Shown in pieces: positions 63,598 to 64,000 of a DNA stretch of 64,000 nucleotides (positions are counted from its first letter, which is position 1; every line of letters begins with the position of its first letter). The notes beneath the pieces were generated by a model. That model saw only the letters and a program-made list of their open reading frames with translations. It was not told where the DNA came from and searched no databases. The stretch is taken from contig CAWJZV010000007.1 of NCBI GenBank assembly GCA_963847445.1, positions 1 through 64,000 on the forward strand, written 5' to 3'. Position numbers and translations under genes: made by a program. This stretch comes from an uncultured delta proteobacterium. GTDB taxonomy: Bacteria > Desulfobacterota > Binatia > UBA9968.

Positions 63598-64000
63598 TCA
63601 GCCTACGGTCGGGCGACGATTAAATATTCGTCGTGCGCCGCAAGCTCTTTTGGGAACCCCGCCGACGAGCCGTTCCAAAGGGCGCAGATTCTTCTCTTTT
63701 ACCAGGATCACAAATGGCGTGTCGGAGCTCTTCCAACGATCGGCGAACTCGTCGAAAGTTAACAGAGATTTCCCCCAGCGGGTGATCGGTTCGGGTTGCT
63801 CGGTAAGCGCGTAAAAATTGCCCAAGAACGTGCGCTTCTTGTTGCTGTGGGTCACCACCCACAGCGGCTTGTCGGTTTTGAGGTAAAATGGCAACGCTTC
63901 GGCATAGGTATCGTAGGAGACCATCTGTGTCGTTGGGGTGATGTACGGCAGCGCCTTTACGGCGATTTCCTGGGACGATCTGACCGGCGCTATCAAGACC
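63598..64000 (-). CDS. C-terminal part of a probable ArnT/GT39-type lipid glycosyltransferase (truncated by the window edge)
   Basis: RSSQEIA...SYDTYAEALPFYL...FADRW resembles ArnT C-terminal domains. The position just upstream of uppP fits. Confidence 0.5.
   Translation of the reverse strand, partial: VLIAPVRSSQEIAVKALPYITPTTQMVSYDTYAEALPFYLKTDKPLWVVTHSNKKRTFLGNFYALTEQPEPITRWGKSLLTFDEFADRWKSSDTPFVILVKEKNLRPLERLVGGVPKRACGARRIFNRRPTVG

Overview
This is a GC-rich bacterial chromosomal window of about 50 genes. I found no rRNA, tRNA, CRISPR array or intact transposase. The gene mix (many stand-alone NMT1/SsuA and SBP_bac_6 binding proteins, LLM enzymes, cupins, VOC proteins, TctC) resembles Candidatus Binatia (formerly Deltaproteobacteria); this is an inference only. 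About 20 genes, including nuoE, nuoH, nuoM and uppP, are split by single-base indels, often at short homopolymers. This points to an unpolished long-read assembly, so split genes are reported as single joined CDSs. Main blocks: (1) 3.0-11.1 kb, SBP, two LLM oxidoreductases, a hydrolase and a CoxSLM-type molybdenum hydroxylase; (2) 20.3-32.9 kb, a complex I operon nuoACDEFGHJKLMN with no nuoB or nuoI; (3) 35.8-42.5 kb, a catabolic cluster with tandem-duplicated TcuA-like flavoproteins and tandem-duplicated VOC genes; (4) 46.7-52.5 kb, an orphan biosynthetic-looking operon (B12 radical SAM, SDR, FAD oxidase, heme-oxygenase-like diiron enzyme, methyltransferase); (5) 56.5-64 kb, a cell-envelope locus with an adenylation enzyme, carrier protein, divergent MBOAT and LtaS-like enzyme, next to DedA, uppP and an ArnT-like gene. 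Blocks 4 and 5 are the best candidates for undescribed systems. Intergenic spaces hold several families of palindromic and tandem-inverted short repeats.
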